Of a stretch of DNA of 64,000 nt, positions 24,300-36,614 are shown piece after piece. The position numbers and the translations under genes are program-made. Below the pieces are notes generated by a model. It was not told the DNA's origin and searched no databases. It saw nothing but the letters and a program-made list of their open reading frames with translations. How positions within the stretch are numbered: position 1 is the stretch's first letter; every line of letters starts with the position of its first letter. The stretch lies in NCBI GenBank assembly GCA_013239625.1, contig MU054220.1:5316626-5380625 (forward strand), in the 5' to 3' direction. Source of the stretch: Lama guanicoe. Taxonomy: Eukaryota.

Positions 24300-24700
24300 T
24301 TTTGTCAGGTAAAGGCAAATGGATGTGTTTCAGCCTTTCATTATGCCTCCTGAAGCTTTTAAAATCCAACCCCACATGTCGTATTCATCAAGAAGCTGAG
24401 AAAATAGAATTTAGCTCATTTTACTGTTAAGTACACAACTGGCTCAAATTGAAAGTATTTGTCAACAGATCATTGTAACTTCGAAGTAGGGAGAGAAGAC
24501 ACTTTGAGAGAAGTACTATTGCGGTACTCAGGAATTTCATTAATGTCTTGGACAGTAGAATGAGTGTGCTTATTAAATACCCCATTGACAGGAAGTTGGA
24601 TGTGTTGACAAGTGCCTTGGAAATAGGACTGAAATTGAAAGTGACCTTAACAATTGGGAGAAGTGGGAAGATAGAAAGAGGGTGAAATTCAATAGCTTGA
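24300..24700 (+). mobile_element. CR1/L3 LINE reverse transcriptase relic
   Basis: Hand translation gives FINVLDSRMSVLIK (from 24536) and NRTEIESDLNNWEKWEDRKRVKFN (24622-24693). These resemble CR1 RT segments FINDLD...LIKFADD and IQNDLDRLEKWA...MKFN. Confidence 0.65.
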
Positions 24701-25599
24701 AAAATTGATGGTGGAAAGAAACATCAATATGCTTCATTGTTTCATTAAATTTGTCAAATGGAAGAGTATCAGGGCTGTTGACCCATGGTGGCATTTCCGA
24801 TGGTGATGATGATTAAAAGTAATATCCTGAGTTTTCTAGGAGATAACAGTAGAGATCAGTGGGGGAATAATTGATTTTCATGCCCATGTGAAAGAGTAGA
24901 CAGTTTAAACATTGCTGCAGATTTGTCTTGAATGGCAACATGTGACTAAGTCATGTTTAACCAGGTCCTTCCAGCTGTGATACTTAAGTTGAATTCTCTA
25001 TTCTTTCTTCTCCAGAGAGAGCCGTGCTTCTAAAAACCAGGGAGTGGGAGAATCCATTTTAAGATTGGACTTTACAAGAAATGTAAGGTTGGGGGTCCAA
25101 GGTTATGAGTAAGAGTCATTTAAAATGTAAGGTGGCACATAATCTTAGTATGTGATAATCAAGGGGAAAAATAATATTTCATACAGCACAAAGATAAGCA
25201 ATGATGTGTTCCAGGGCATTTCTGATAGGCTAAATAATAATCTTCATTCATGATTCTCATTCGTCTGTATCTGTTTCTATCCATTGAGACGTATAGTGGG
25301 TTCTGTTTTGTAACCAGTCAAGAAGGAAAAATTTTTGCTTTGGGATGGTGTCAAGTTGTTAACGGAAGAGGACAGAACAAAGTTTCAGTTTTGGTCAGGA
25401 CAGCTGGGCTGGCTTTGAAATTCTATGGTTAGGAAAATGAGGGCCAGAATGTGATTAAACTTCTGTAAGAAACTAAGCATGGGCAGAGCTTTAACAATGT
25501 GCAACAACTTAGTTGGACATAGAGTTTAGAAAGAAGCTCCTCTTCCTCCCTTCTGTATGAAGCCCAGAAAAACTCTGGCACAACAAAATTAGAAAAATT

Positions 25600-26080
25600 A
25601 TCATTCAGAATGCTTTCAGTTTTAGATAACAGTGAAAGCAAACCCAACCTTATTAAGGCAAAAAGGATGTCTATTAACTCTCTTAATAGAAATATTCTGG
25701 GCTGCATCTGATAGCTTCAGGAATAGTTGGATCCAGAGGCTTAAATGAAGTCATTACCACTTACCATTTCTCTATCCCTGCCATCTGGCTCTTCTCTATG
25801 TTGGCTCCCAACTCAGATGCTTAGCTTGTCTCTTCTGTGATGGCAAAGCAGCTGCCGGCAATTCTAGCTTTTCATTTTAATGCCTTATTTTTGCCTACAG
25901 TTATTACAAGTCTTGGGTCTGACTCTTACTAGCCTGAAAGGGAGGATCACGTGCTGGTGTTGGAATCAGCCACTCAAACTACCCAGATTGACAATGATGG
26001 AGGCATGGTTCACCAAGATGATGCAGTACTATTATCAGAGGTAGAAAACAGCAATATTAACAAAGAAATGTCCACCAATG
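25600..26080 (-). mobile_element. old MaLR (MLT1K-like) LTR remnant
   Basis: CAGAATGCTTTCAG...GCTTCAGGAATAGTTGGATCCAGAGGCTTAAATGAAGTCATT. Confidence 0.55.
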
Positions 26081-26639
26081 AAGTGAGTTTTGGAGGCATA
26101 TAGGGACACCACCCTTTGCATGTATATGAGACTTCACATGATGGATATGGGTTCCAGGGAACCAAGACTTCCCCAAATGACTCTTCAGGCAGAACATGGA
26201 CTAAAGGGAAGCAGAGGAGGAAGGGATGCCCTGCTGGGTGTGCCTCACGTACTAGGGTGCTGTCATGTGTCTCTTTGAGGTCTCCCAAAAAGAAGGGGGC
26301 TCTTGGAGGAGAAATTGATTTTTTGCAATTAGACTTAAGGGGGCTGGCACTGTAAGAAATTGATCATTGGAAGAAAATATGGCTCTAGTTTGCAGTTGCA
26401 GATGGATGAGTTGCATGAAATTTGGATTATAACATAGTTCTTTTTGTGGGGTTTAGTATGAAGTAAATTGATCATATATATGGATTAACTACTTGAAGAA
26501 GATTAGAAATAAGAGACCCAGGAAGCGATTTCCTCTCAATAATTGTTGGCAAAGCAATTTGATGACTAAGTGAAATGATGTTAATTTTGACACTAAGACC
26601 TGAGATGATTTGCAATTTCCTCATACCTGATCTAAAATT

Positions 26640-26900
26640 ATTACAATAATAATAGCTCAAAGTTCATTACTGTGTACTAGACACTGTTCTAAGCACTTTT
26701 CATGAATTATCTCAATCAGATTCTTATGGTAACTCTAGGAGTAGGCAATATTGTTATTACCATTTCATGATGGGGAAACTGGTGTACAGACAGGTTAAAT
26801 CCTGTCTAGGACCAGGACTTCCATGGCTGGTAAGTAGCAGAGCCAAAATATAAACTCCAGACTGTCTAATTCTAGCACCCAGGCTCTTAACTAAGCCATG
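26640..26900 (-). mobile_element. MIR SINE
   Basis: TGTGTACTAGACACTGTTCTAAGCACTTT...GGTAAGTAGCAGAGCC...AGACTGTCTAATTCTAG. Confidence 0.8.
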
Positions 26901-26984
26901 TGTTCTCTCCAGGAGAACAAAGGCAGGATTACTTCTTGTGGACATAAACCTACTTAGGCTAGAGTGGGACAGGGGCTTCTTCAT

Positions 26985-27100
26985 TCCTCCTTCCTTCCTT
27001 CCTGCCTTCCTTCCTTCTACCCTTCTCCCTCCCTCTCTTCCTTCCTTTCTCCCTTCCTTTCTTCCCTAGCCCCCTTTTCCCCCTTCCTTTTCATTCTCTT
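26985..27100. repeat. (CCTT)n-type microsatellite/low complexity
   Basis: Directly visible. Confidence 0.9.
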
Positions 27101-27884
27101 TTATTATTCATTTGCCTAAATACTCTGGACAGTTTCCTACACTGAAGGTATAATCCTCCCTCCTCAGTTATGAAATAGATTTGCTTGCTTGGATACCTAC
27201 ATATTTCAGAATTTTCGATGGGAAGTATGAAAGCTCATTCTTAGGTAAAATTAGAGTGACGTATTAATGTAGCATGAAATGGGATCAACTCCTGCCTTTT
27301 GAACTCTTGAGGTATTTTGCTATTTTTCATTTGTGATAGTACGTGTTGGGGGGCACTTCAGGTTTGAGGACTAATGGGCACTTATAGCAGCCTACCTGTG
27401 TGTTCCAAACACAGATATCTTTGGGCAATTGCTTGTGGAAAGAGGAGTTGGTGTACTTAAAGGCTTTAAACGAGCACAGTATGACAAGTTTAATGGAAAC
27501 TTTAACCTCTTCAAAGTGTCAAAGTTTCTTATAAGGCATGAACAGAAGTCCTTTTACAGCTGCCTGATCGTCTGATGTCCGGAGGTACATCCCTACAGTT
27601 TCAGAAGTACACAAAACCTGTGTTTGCATTTGGGAGCAGAGGAGACTCTGCAAGAGGAGTGAAGAGAATGGACTGGGATTTTCTGTGTTTAAAAGCTTAA
27701 GTGGTATAGTAGAAAGAGCAAAGCTGTGGGCACAGAAAATCTGTAAGAACAGTACTTCCATCTGCCCTTAACTGGAGAGTCACCAGTTGTTACCAACGTC
27801 TACTTTTCCTTCTACTTTCCTTTTCTGTCTGTCTGTCTCTCTCCACACACAACACACACATATGCCATACATACTTAATTATTA

Positions 27885-28475
27885 GTGTGTGTCACTATGC
27901 TGAACCTTTGAGACTGAATTACAGACATCATTATATTTTGCCCATAAATACTTTAGCAACAATATCATATGGACAAAGACATTCTCGTACATAGTCACAA
28001 TGCTGTGATCACACTTAGGAAGTTCAACAGTGATATAATACTACTTCCAATAAATAATTTATATTCAAATTTTTCCAACTGTGTCAATATTATCTTTTAG
28101 ATTTTCCTTTTGACCTAGGATCCAATCAGGGTCACATAGGGCCTTTACTCATCATGCCTCTTTAATTTCCTTCAACCGAGAAGGAAATTAAAGTTCCCTT
28201 GTCTTTTATGTTTCATGATTATGACTTTTTGAAGACCCAAAGCTGGTTGTTGACAGAATGTCATTCAGTTTGAATGTGTCTGGTTATTTACTTAGGAGTT
28301 AGTTGTGGTTAAATAGTTTTGACTGGAGTATTCCATGGGTGACATTATCTTCTCCATATCTGACATCTGAAGGCTTACAAGGTTTGCTTGCCCTGTTTTG
28401 GATGGTATTAAGTTTGACAACTTGGTTAAGATGATGTCTATAAGATTTCTCCATTACAAATGTACCTTTTCCTAG
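27885..28475 (-). mobile_element. ancient L1 (L1MC-like) 3'UTR
   Basis: GACATTCTCGTACATAGTCACAATGCTGTGATCACACTTAGGAAGTTCAACAGTGAT...GGATCCAATCAGGGTCACAT...ACTTGGTTAAGATGATGTCT. Confidence 0.7.
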
Positions 28476-28689
28476 TGGCTCACACGAGGGATCTGATTTT
28501 GCATTTTAGCTCTGCCACTCACTAGTCATACAGATTTGTCAGATTAGGCTATAACTCATCTTTCAATTTTTTTAATTCTCAAGTGTGGATAATCATACCT
28601 TCTTATATGGCTATCATAAGGATTAGGTATTATGACACAGATAAGTACTCAAAAATGGCAGTTATTGTTATTTTGCTATGATACAGTAC

Positions 28690-29230
28690 AAGTGAGCTTT
28701 GGAGCATACAGATCTGAGTTCAGATTCTGTCTCTAAGTTACTTAGATTTTTAAAGCTTTAGTTTTCTAATTAATGTCAGGGAGAAAATGATAGTATTCAT
28801 TTCAGAGGTCAGCAAACTTTTTGTAAAGGGCAGGTAGTAAATATTTAGGTTTTGTAGGTCTGTGTTTTGACTAGTCAGTTCTGCTCTGGAAATATGAAAA
28901 CCGAGCTAGATAATATTTAATCAAATGGACACACTGTGTTCCAAATAACCTTTATTTATGGACACTGAAGTGTGTATTTCATATAATTTTTATTTGTCAT
29001 GTAATACTATTTTTCTTTTGAATTTTCCCCCTCAACAACTTAAAAATGTATAAACAACACTTTTAGCTTGTAGGCTGTACAAAAACAAATGCAGGCAAGC
29101 AGGTTCTTTTTGATTCTGTAGGCCATAATTTGCCATCCCCTTATTTATTAATTGGGTAAGAATGAAATACTGTGTGTTATGTAAAGTGTTTAATACCTGG
29201 CATAAGCACTAGAGAAATTGTAACAATTAT
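28690..29230 (+). mobile_element. MIR SINE split by MER58 insertion
   Basis: MIR head (GAGCTTTGGAGCATACAGATCTGAGTTCAGATTCTG) before 28803 and MIR tail (TGTAAAGTGTTTAATACCTGGCACATAAGCACT) after 29142. Confidence 0.6.
28803..29142. mobile_element. MER58B-like hAT-Charlie MITE
   Basis: TIRs CAGAGGTCAGCAAACT / AATTTGCCATCCCCTT, with 8-bp flanks ATTCATTT / ATTTATTA (degenerate hAT TSD). Confidence 0.8.
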
Positions 29231-29304
29231 TTGGTAAAATTTTTACTATTTTCAATTGTGCCTAAAGCTTGTGAAATTAAAAAAAATTAAAATGTGTAAC
29301 AATT

Positions 29305-29764
29305 TGTGGAAAAAGATGGCCACCAATTTTTTTGCATTTTCTCTCATCGAGAGATTGAGTCTATTTTTTCCATCCTTGAATCTGGGCTATCTGATGGCTT
29401 ATTTTAACCAATAAAGTATGGCAGAAGAGATGTTGGGCAGTTTCCAAGCCTAGGCCTTGGAGATTTTGCAGCACTCACTTTTGTTAGAAAATTCTGGATC
29501 CTATGCAGAAGCTTGGGCTACCCCAGTGGATTATGTGATTATGTGGAGAGAGACCCCAGATATGCCAGCCATCCCAGCTTCCTCATCTGAGGTTCTTAGG
29601 TATTTGAGTGAGGACAGCAGACATTAAATGGAGCAGATATGGGTTATTCCAGGTGAGCCCTGCTTAAATTGTCAACCTACAAAATCATAAGCAATTAAAT
29701 AATTATTATTCCAGACCACTAGGTTTTGAAGTGGTTTGTTACACAGCAAAAACTAACTGATATA
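29305..29764 (+). mobile_element. MaLR (MLT1-type) solo LTR
   Basis: TGTGG...AAGATGGCCACCAATT...CCTTGAATCTGGGC...CCACTAGGTTTTGAAGTGGTTTGTTACACAGCAAAAACTAACTGATATA. Confidence 0.8.
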
Positions 29765-30620
29765 AGATGCTAGCTGTATCATAAAGGAAGGTATTGAAGG
29801 TTGCAATAAAGTCAGCCACCTGAGCTGAGTATTTTCCTATTTAGTCCAGTTCATACAGAAAATCCTGAAAAGCAGAAAAGGAGTAAGAGGAAGACATGCA
29901 GTGAGAGAAAAAGGCATTCCAGGGCATGAGAATTGAGCAGAGTTATATGCTGGCTGAAGTGAGCATCACTTTGTCACAAATGTTTGCAAATTGAGGATCC
30001 ATGGGGACTGTGGCTTTTGTGGGGAAATGAGGATACGGTGAAAGCAGAAGCACCACAGGTGCAGACTGGGACTTAAAGTATACCTTTGGAAGATAAGAAA
30101 GTATTGCAGCTTTCACCAGAGAGAGCACAGTTCAGAAAACTGAAGCTCCCGGGATAGTGATTAAGGAATAAGATCACTCTCCAGCACTGCTAACTCATGT
30201 TTGGGTGATACGGCTCCAGGCTGGAAGTTGGAGTCCTTGACTCTTCTCCTGAAGCTGACTGACGCCAACTCCACACGGTCATCTTGCTCTTAAATTTGCA
30301 TGCGGCCATCTTGTTTATTCCACTGTTGAATCCCAGGGATTCTGCTTCTCTCATTTTGATGATTTGTTATTTAGAATGATGCAAATCAATTCACTTATTT
30401 TTACCTTGCGTCTTTACTTGTGAAGTGTCAATAAAATATTCTTTGTTACCTTTTAGGATCAGATACAGGCCTGGGTTAAGTCTGTATAGTATCAGTGAAT
30501 GTTAAGACATATTGCTATTTATGTCATCCATTCATGAAATAAATAATTACTGCTAGGAACCCTTCTGGATACACGAGATAGAGCAATAATCACAGACTTA
30601 AGGGACTTTGCGGTTAAAAA

Positions 30621-30749
30621 TTTTTTTTTAATTTTATTTTTAAAGAGTGAGGTAATTAGGTTTATTTATTTTTAATAGAGGTACTGGGTACTGAACCCAG
30701 GACATTGTAGATGCTAAACAGGCACTCTACTACTGAGCTATACCTTCCC
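30621..30749 (-). mobile_element. camelid tRNA-derived SINE (Vic-1-like)
   Basis: Minus strand reads GGGAAGGTATAGCTCAGTAGTAGAGTGCCTGTTTAGCAT...CCTGGGTTCAGTACCCAGTACCTC (A- and B-box-like), then AAATAAATAAACCTAATTACCTC and an A-rich tail. Confidence 0.8.
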
Positions 30750-31457
30750 AACCTACAGTGTTATTTATTTAACAAATATTTGTTCTACAACTTAGTACTA
30801 AGTTTGAGTTCTGTAACTGGAGTTTCAAAATAGGTTAGAGACTTAGCTAAAGGGCATAATATGTTAAGTTTCACCAGAGATTTTTTTTCTTTGCTCGTCA
30901 AGAAAAGAACGGATTTTTACAACCAAAGCCTAATCTACAATCAGCCATATTGGCAAAACTGCATAGATTTTCCTCAAAAATCTTTCTTTTTTATTATTTT
31001 TGCCCTCTCTTGTCCTTTCTAAGTGCCTCTGTACAGCTCTCCTCCTGCCATGTCTGAAATGTAAGAGAGATAGCCAGTCTAATTCTATCTATAAAGCCAT
31101 TTCCCTGCATTCCCCTCAGACTTTATGCAGCAATATAAATCTCAGAAAATGTGTCCAGGTTAGCAGAGTTACTTAAAAGAGCGGACAGTCAGTGTGGCAC
31201 ATTTATTAACATCGTATATAACAAGGCTGTAACTGTACAGTAACTTCTATTTAGTCAAAAAGGTGGGAAAAAAGTGCTGCTGAGGTTTATGGGGCTGATT
31301 CTGGACTAGCAAGGTGAGTTATATACCCAAATAGCTCTTGTGTATCATAAACTGGAAGCTAATAAACCGTGTTTAAACTGTACACTCTCCATTAGAAGAA
31401 ATGGATCTATTATTTCCTGTCTTTGGGATGGCACTAATAATGACTTCACTGAAAAAT

Positions 31458-31514
31458 ACACACACACACACACACACGCACATGCACACATACACACACA
31501 TGCACACACACACA
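31458..31514. repeat. interrupted (CA)n microsatellite
   Basis: Directly visible. Confidence 0.95.
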
Positions 31515-32027
31515 CTCCTGAGCAGTTTCCTGGCTGCTCTCAACAAAAGCTTTTCTGCCCATACGTGACACGAGGCAGGTCATTTAGGGAAGAGAAAAGG
31601 CTGTTTAAGTTAGGCAGGACTAGTGGGATGTCACCACCAGGAAGTTGTAGATCATAAATTATCATTTCCATTCTACTGTCATTTCCATTCAATGGCAGTA
31701 AGCATCCTTGGCTGGATAATGTAGTTAATTGAAGCTGTGGGCTTCAGTGAGGCGGTTAAGCACGTATTATAACACAGAGCTGTGCTGAAATGACTTGTTT
31801 ATATATCTGCCTCCCTCCTTGGACTGTGAACCTTTTGAGAGCATGCATTGTTTCTTTTGCATCTTTCAGTTTCCAAGGACTCAAGATATTTATGTACTTA
31901 AAAAAAATCATTGTAACTTATCCTAAATCTCCTTTCTGTTTTCTTCCTCTCCACTACTGCACTGCACCTCCCCCCCCCGTAGCGACAGCTACTATGTCTG
32001 TCTGATGCACTGCAGAATCCTAATTTC

Positions 32028-32650
32028 TCTTTTTAAACAATTCAAGTAAAGTTAGTTTACAATGTTGTGTCAATTTCTAGTGTATGGCACAGTGTTTCAG
32101 TCATACCTGTACATAAATATATTCCTTTTCATATTCTTTTTCATTATAGGTTGCTACAAAGTATTGAATATAGTTCCCTGAGCTATACACTAGAACCTTT
32201 TTGTTTATCTATTTTATATATAGTAGTATCTGCAAATTCTGAACTCTCAATTTATCACTGTCTACCCTCTTTCCCCCCCTTTCCTTGTAACCATAAGTTT
32301 GTCTTCTATGTCTCTGAGTCTGTTTCTGTTTTGTAAATAAGTTCATTTGTGTCATTTTTGTGTCATATGGTATTCTTCTTTCTCTTTCTGGCTTACTTCA
32401 CTTAGTAGGACAGTCTCCACTTAGTATGATAGATCCATTTATGTTGCTGCAAATGGCATTATTTAATTCTTTTTTATGGCTAAGTGGTATTCTGTTGTGT
32501 GTGTGTGTGTGTGTGTGTATACCACAACTTCTTTATCCAGTCATCTGTTGATGGACACTTAGGTTGCTTCCATGTCTTGGCTATTGTAAATATTGCTGTG
32601 AACACTGGGGTGCATATGTCTTTTTGAATTAGTTTCTTCTGGATGTATGC
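32028..32650 (-). mobile_element. 5'-truncated camelid-type L1 with perfect 12-bp TSD
   Basis: L1 3'UTR/ORF2-end sequence flanked by AATCCTAATTTC at 32016-32027 and 32651-32662, with an internal (TG)n at ~32497-32518. Confidence 0.9.
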
Positions 32651-34059
32651 AATCCTAATTTCAGTGTGGAATATCTTTCCTGTAAGAGGGGAAATAAAGG
32701 TGTGTATTGATTCAAATGAAATATATATTTATCAGTAAGATCTTTACAGAAAAGGGCCACATCCTTTCCAACAGGGTAAGCTGATCTTTCTCTCTGTAAC
32801 TACAAAAAGTACTAGTAATAAAAGCATCCCTAACGAAGTGACTTCTAAATACCCTTAGTAGATGACATTTGTGGAGGAAACTTATGGACCTTCTGAATTC
32901 TAAGCTCTTAGGCGCACAGACCTGTTCCCCAAGTCCTCCCCTTCCTCTGCCTGGTCATAGGTTTCAGACAACTTGTTTCCTTCACTGCACTCAGTTTCAC
33001 CAGTGAGCATCATGTCATAAAATCATGAAATTCTAATATGTGAAACAATAAAGCATGCAACAGGATAAAATAGGGAGGGTAATTTATATCAAGGAAGGAT
33101 TCTTCATACTCTTTAAAGATATTTCCAAGAAATTCCTATAGTTACCAAAGCACGTTTATAATATTGTTTAATTTAACACTGTTAGATTTACATAAAATCA
33201 TCCCCAAATTATCTGACAACTTTTACTGTATTCCATAGTATAATTCTAAAATAACTTGTAGCCATTTTCTCGAATGATAAAAAAAAAAATAAAACCATAT
33301 TCAGAATCTGGCCACCAAGCCCACTGATCCAGTTACATGACCTGTGGTCTCCATTTGGAAATCTGCATCATCTTGGGGCTTAGTATCACTAGTGCGTGCC
33401 TCCTTCCTCACCTGGCTCGTGCCTGTACATACCTACAAGATAATCTAGACCCGCTTGCATTCTCTAATGTGTTCCCATGGTGATAAAAATGTGACTGGAA
33501 CTTCTGTTAAAATACACTAAAGCAGAGAGACATCTTTGGAAATTATTCCTAAAGTACTAGAAGAAAGATAGAGAGTTAGCCAGTGTAAGAGAGGGCACCA
33601 GCCTGGGAAAGCATCTATTTTCATCATCACGTTGGGGAGTTACTGAGAATGCATTTTAAGGTTAGATTTTGCTGAAGAAAAAAAAATCGATTTAGTAATC
33701 TCAGAATATTTTTGTGCTGAATTGCCTTTCCACTTGGCACTTCTATGCCTTATGCCCTGTTTTTTTTCCTTTTCCTTTTTTAAGATTGATTAACAAGTAC
33801 TAAGCAGCTGATAGGTAGGCGTGTTACTTTCTAGGAACATGGCAAAGACACACCATGAAGTTCTCATGTTCAGAAATTTTAGCAGAGTTCTACATTTCGA
33901 ATGCAGAAGGGAGGCTCACATAAAACTGATTCATTAAGCCTTTCTTTAAAATTCCCTTATAGGAGAGGCTGAAGATTTTTTGTTTGGTTTGCTCGTTAAA
34001 GTCCTGCAACCTGCTCAAGTAAGTCATTCAAATTGATAATAATCTTTAAATATTTTAAA

Positions 34060-35950
34060 GTAAACTAGTAATTTATGAATATTTTCTAGTAAAGAGATTC
34101 AAGAAGTATAGATAAAATGAAAGTGGTTTTTGAACATCATTAGAAATTTCAGTCTCCTCCCCTAAGGCAGCTCCTGTTACCATTTTGTTACATACCTTCA
34201 GGGTACTTTGTTCATTTGTGTGTGTGTGTATGTGTAAGGAATATATCGTTTTGGGAAGTTTCCCCCTACAAATGTCACATTTAAAATTTCTATATTCCAC
34301 AGTATACGTGTTCCATAGTTTAATTACACCTCTGTTGGTGGATGTTTAAACTCTCTAATCTTTTGCTATTCTGGGCATCAAGAGACAGCTCTGGGTAGCT
34401 GTTAGGGGCAGAGAATGTGGAGTCAGCTGTACCACTTACTGACTTAGTTTGGACAAGTTACTTACCACTGTGACTCAGTGCCGTGATACGAAAATGAGCC
34501 ATTGCTTTGTGTTAAATAAGTTAGTATATGTAAGGTGCTTGGAATTGTACCAGCCACACAAGTTTTAGAATAGTAATCGCTGTTTGTACTGCTGTAATGA
34601 CAGTCTTCATATGTGCTTCCTCTTTCTTTCTCTCTTTCCTCCCACCCTCTCTTTCTCTGTTCCCTTTTCTCACCCCTTTCCTCTCTTCTTTCACCTGGCT
34701 AGAAATGAAAAAGTGGAATAATTGTGTCCAAGTGTATGTTTATTTAGTTTTTAAAGTGCATATTCTAAAACATACTCCCCAAAAATGACATGCCAATGTA
34801 TATTACCACCAGAAAAGTGTAAATGCTTCCTCATTCCTTCTCTAACACTTGCTGTTATCAGTCTTTATAATTTTTGCCAATCTGTTTTGTCTAAAAATGT
34901 TCTCTCGATATACATTTGACCCTTGAACAACAAAAGGGTAAGGGGGCCGGCCATCCACACAGTGGAAAATTTGCAATAACTTATAGGTAGCCTTCCTCCC
35001 TCTCTGTGATTCCTCTGTATCCACAATTTCACATCCACGGATTCAACCAACCACAGATGATGTAGCACTTGAAAAAAATCAGGGTACGAGTGGACCTGTA
35101 CAGTTTAAGCCCCTGTTGTTCAAGGGCCAACTGGAGTTTTACTTTACATGCCCCTAAGTACTGTGGGATTGTGTGTGTGTATGTGTTTTGAATTAAACTT
35201 TAATTTTGAGAGTCGTTGCAGATTCCCTGCAGCTGTAAGAAATAGCAGAGATCCATGTATCCTTTATCCATTTTCCCCCATTGGTAATGTCTTATAAAAT
35301 TGTGATACAATTTCAATCAGGAGACTGACATTAACTCAGTCAAGATACAGAATGTTCTACAAATCTAAGGTTCCTTTATGTTATACTTTTATAGCCACTC
35401 CCATTTCTACTCCACCAACTTAAACCCTGGCATCCACTGATCAGTTCTCCATTTCTATAATTATACCATTTTTAAAAATGTTGCATAAATGGAATCATAC
35501 AGTGTGTAATCTTTTTGGATTGATGTTTCAGATGGCCTAAGTTCCGGGAGAATTATGTGTCTTTTAAATACAATTTTCATTTCTTTTTCAAGTTATTTGT
35601 TTATAACATTTGCACATTTTTTCCTCTTTGACTTGCTTGTATTTTACTTAATGATTTTTGAAGCTATTTATATATTTTGTATGCTAATCCTTGGTTTTCT
35701 ATAAATACTATAAATATTTCCTCAGTTGTCACTTGTCATTTAATCCTGTTTATAAACTTTTGTGTTTAGAAATTTTAAACATTGAGAAAGTTAAGTTTGT
35801 TAATGCATTGTTTTCTGAAATTTCCATTTTTCTCTCTTAAAACAAGCCTTTCCTACCCCAAGGTTTTGTGTTCACTGTGTGTGTATACACACATATATAA
35901 ATATAGTTAAACAAATACATGTTTATGTATCTACTGTATTTTATTCTAAT
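34060..35950 (-). mobile_element. fragmented ancient L1 (L1ME/MC-like) 3' sequence hosting younger insertions
   Basis: Degenerate L1M 3' motifs (CTGTTGGTGGATGTTTAAA, TATTACCACCAG, TTTTGCCAATCTG, AAATGGAATCATACAG) interrupted by a MIR (~34400-34580) and a Tigger MITE. Confidence 0.55.
34913..35133. mobile_element. TcMar-Tigger MITE (MER8-like)
   Basis: 20-bp TIRs CATTTGACCCTTGAACAACA / TGTTGTTCAAGGGCCAACTG (18/20 match), with TA at the left junction. Confidence 0.85.
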
Positions 35951-36614
35951 ACTTTTGTATTTCATTTCAGGGGCCATTAAACAGATTATGGTGTATTTGC
36001 TATGACCACAAAATGCTTTAAAAGGCAATATAACAATGGAACTAGACAGTTACTATGTTCAAATGTTACATAAGCATTTTAGTTCCTACATTTGTTATAC
36101 TGGGCTAATATCACAGCTGTATATTAAAGGCATACCTCTTGTAAGCCTTTGAGTTTGAACCTCTCTCTTTTTTTTAATTAGCTTTTAATCTACCTCTTAT
36201 CAATTTGTTTTCCAAAAAGATAACCCATTTTCCCAACACAATTCATACCATTTAATATACTTATTTTTTAACTTTAAGAAATTAAGTCTTAAGTATCTCT
36301 CACTGTATCTGAACTGTTTCCTTCTGCTTCGGTGTTAGCACATACTGAAACGTTTGAAATAGTTTACATTTCTTCTTACAACCCTTTCATAGTTATAAGA
36401 ATATGGAGAGATAGCAGTTACTCATAGTGGTAATATCTAGAGGAGAATACACTCAAGCTATAAAATGTCAGATCTGAGTATATTTGGAGATAATTTTGTG
36501 GAAAATTCAACCCTTGAAATTTGGGGTTTTACTGAGGAAATTAGACCTAGTCAGAAACAAGATTAGACCTCAACTCCTCTGATGTTGAATCTACTGTATT
36601 TCTTCCCAAGCTAC

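Noticed and set aside
27559..27700. Possible coding exon after TTTTACAG (LPDRLMSGG...)
   Set aside because: No recognisable protein similarity, it runs into a stop, and there is no supporting neighbouring exon.
30676..30749. tRNA gene
   Set aside because: The cloverleaf is degenerate and is followed by a SINE-specific tail and an A-rich end, so it is a tRNA-derived SINE.
33412..33516. Possible minus-strand exon bounded by an acceptor near 33517 and donors near 33411/33432
   Set aside because: There are stops in all frames from the stronger acceptor and the peptide from the alternative acceptor is unrecognisable. Signals of this quality occur by chance in 64 kb.
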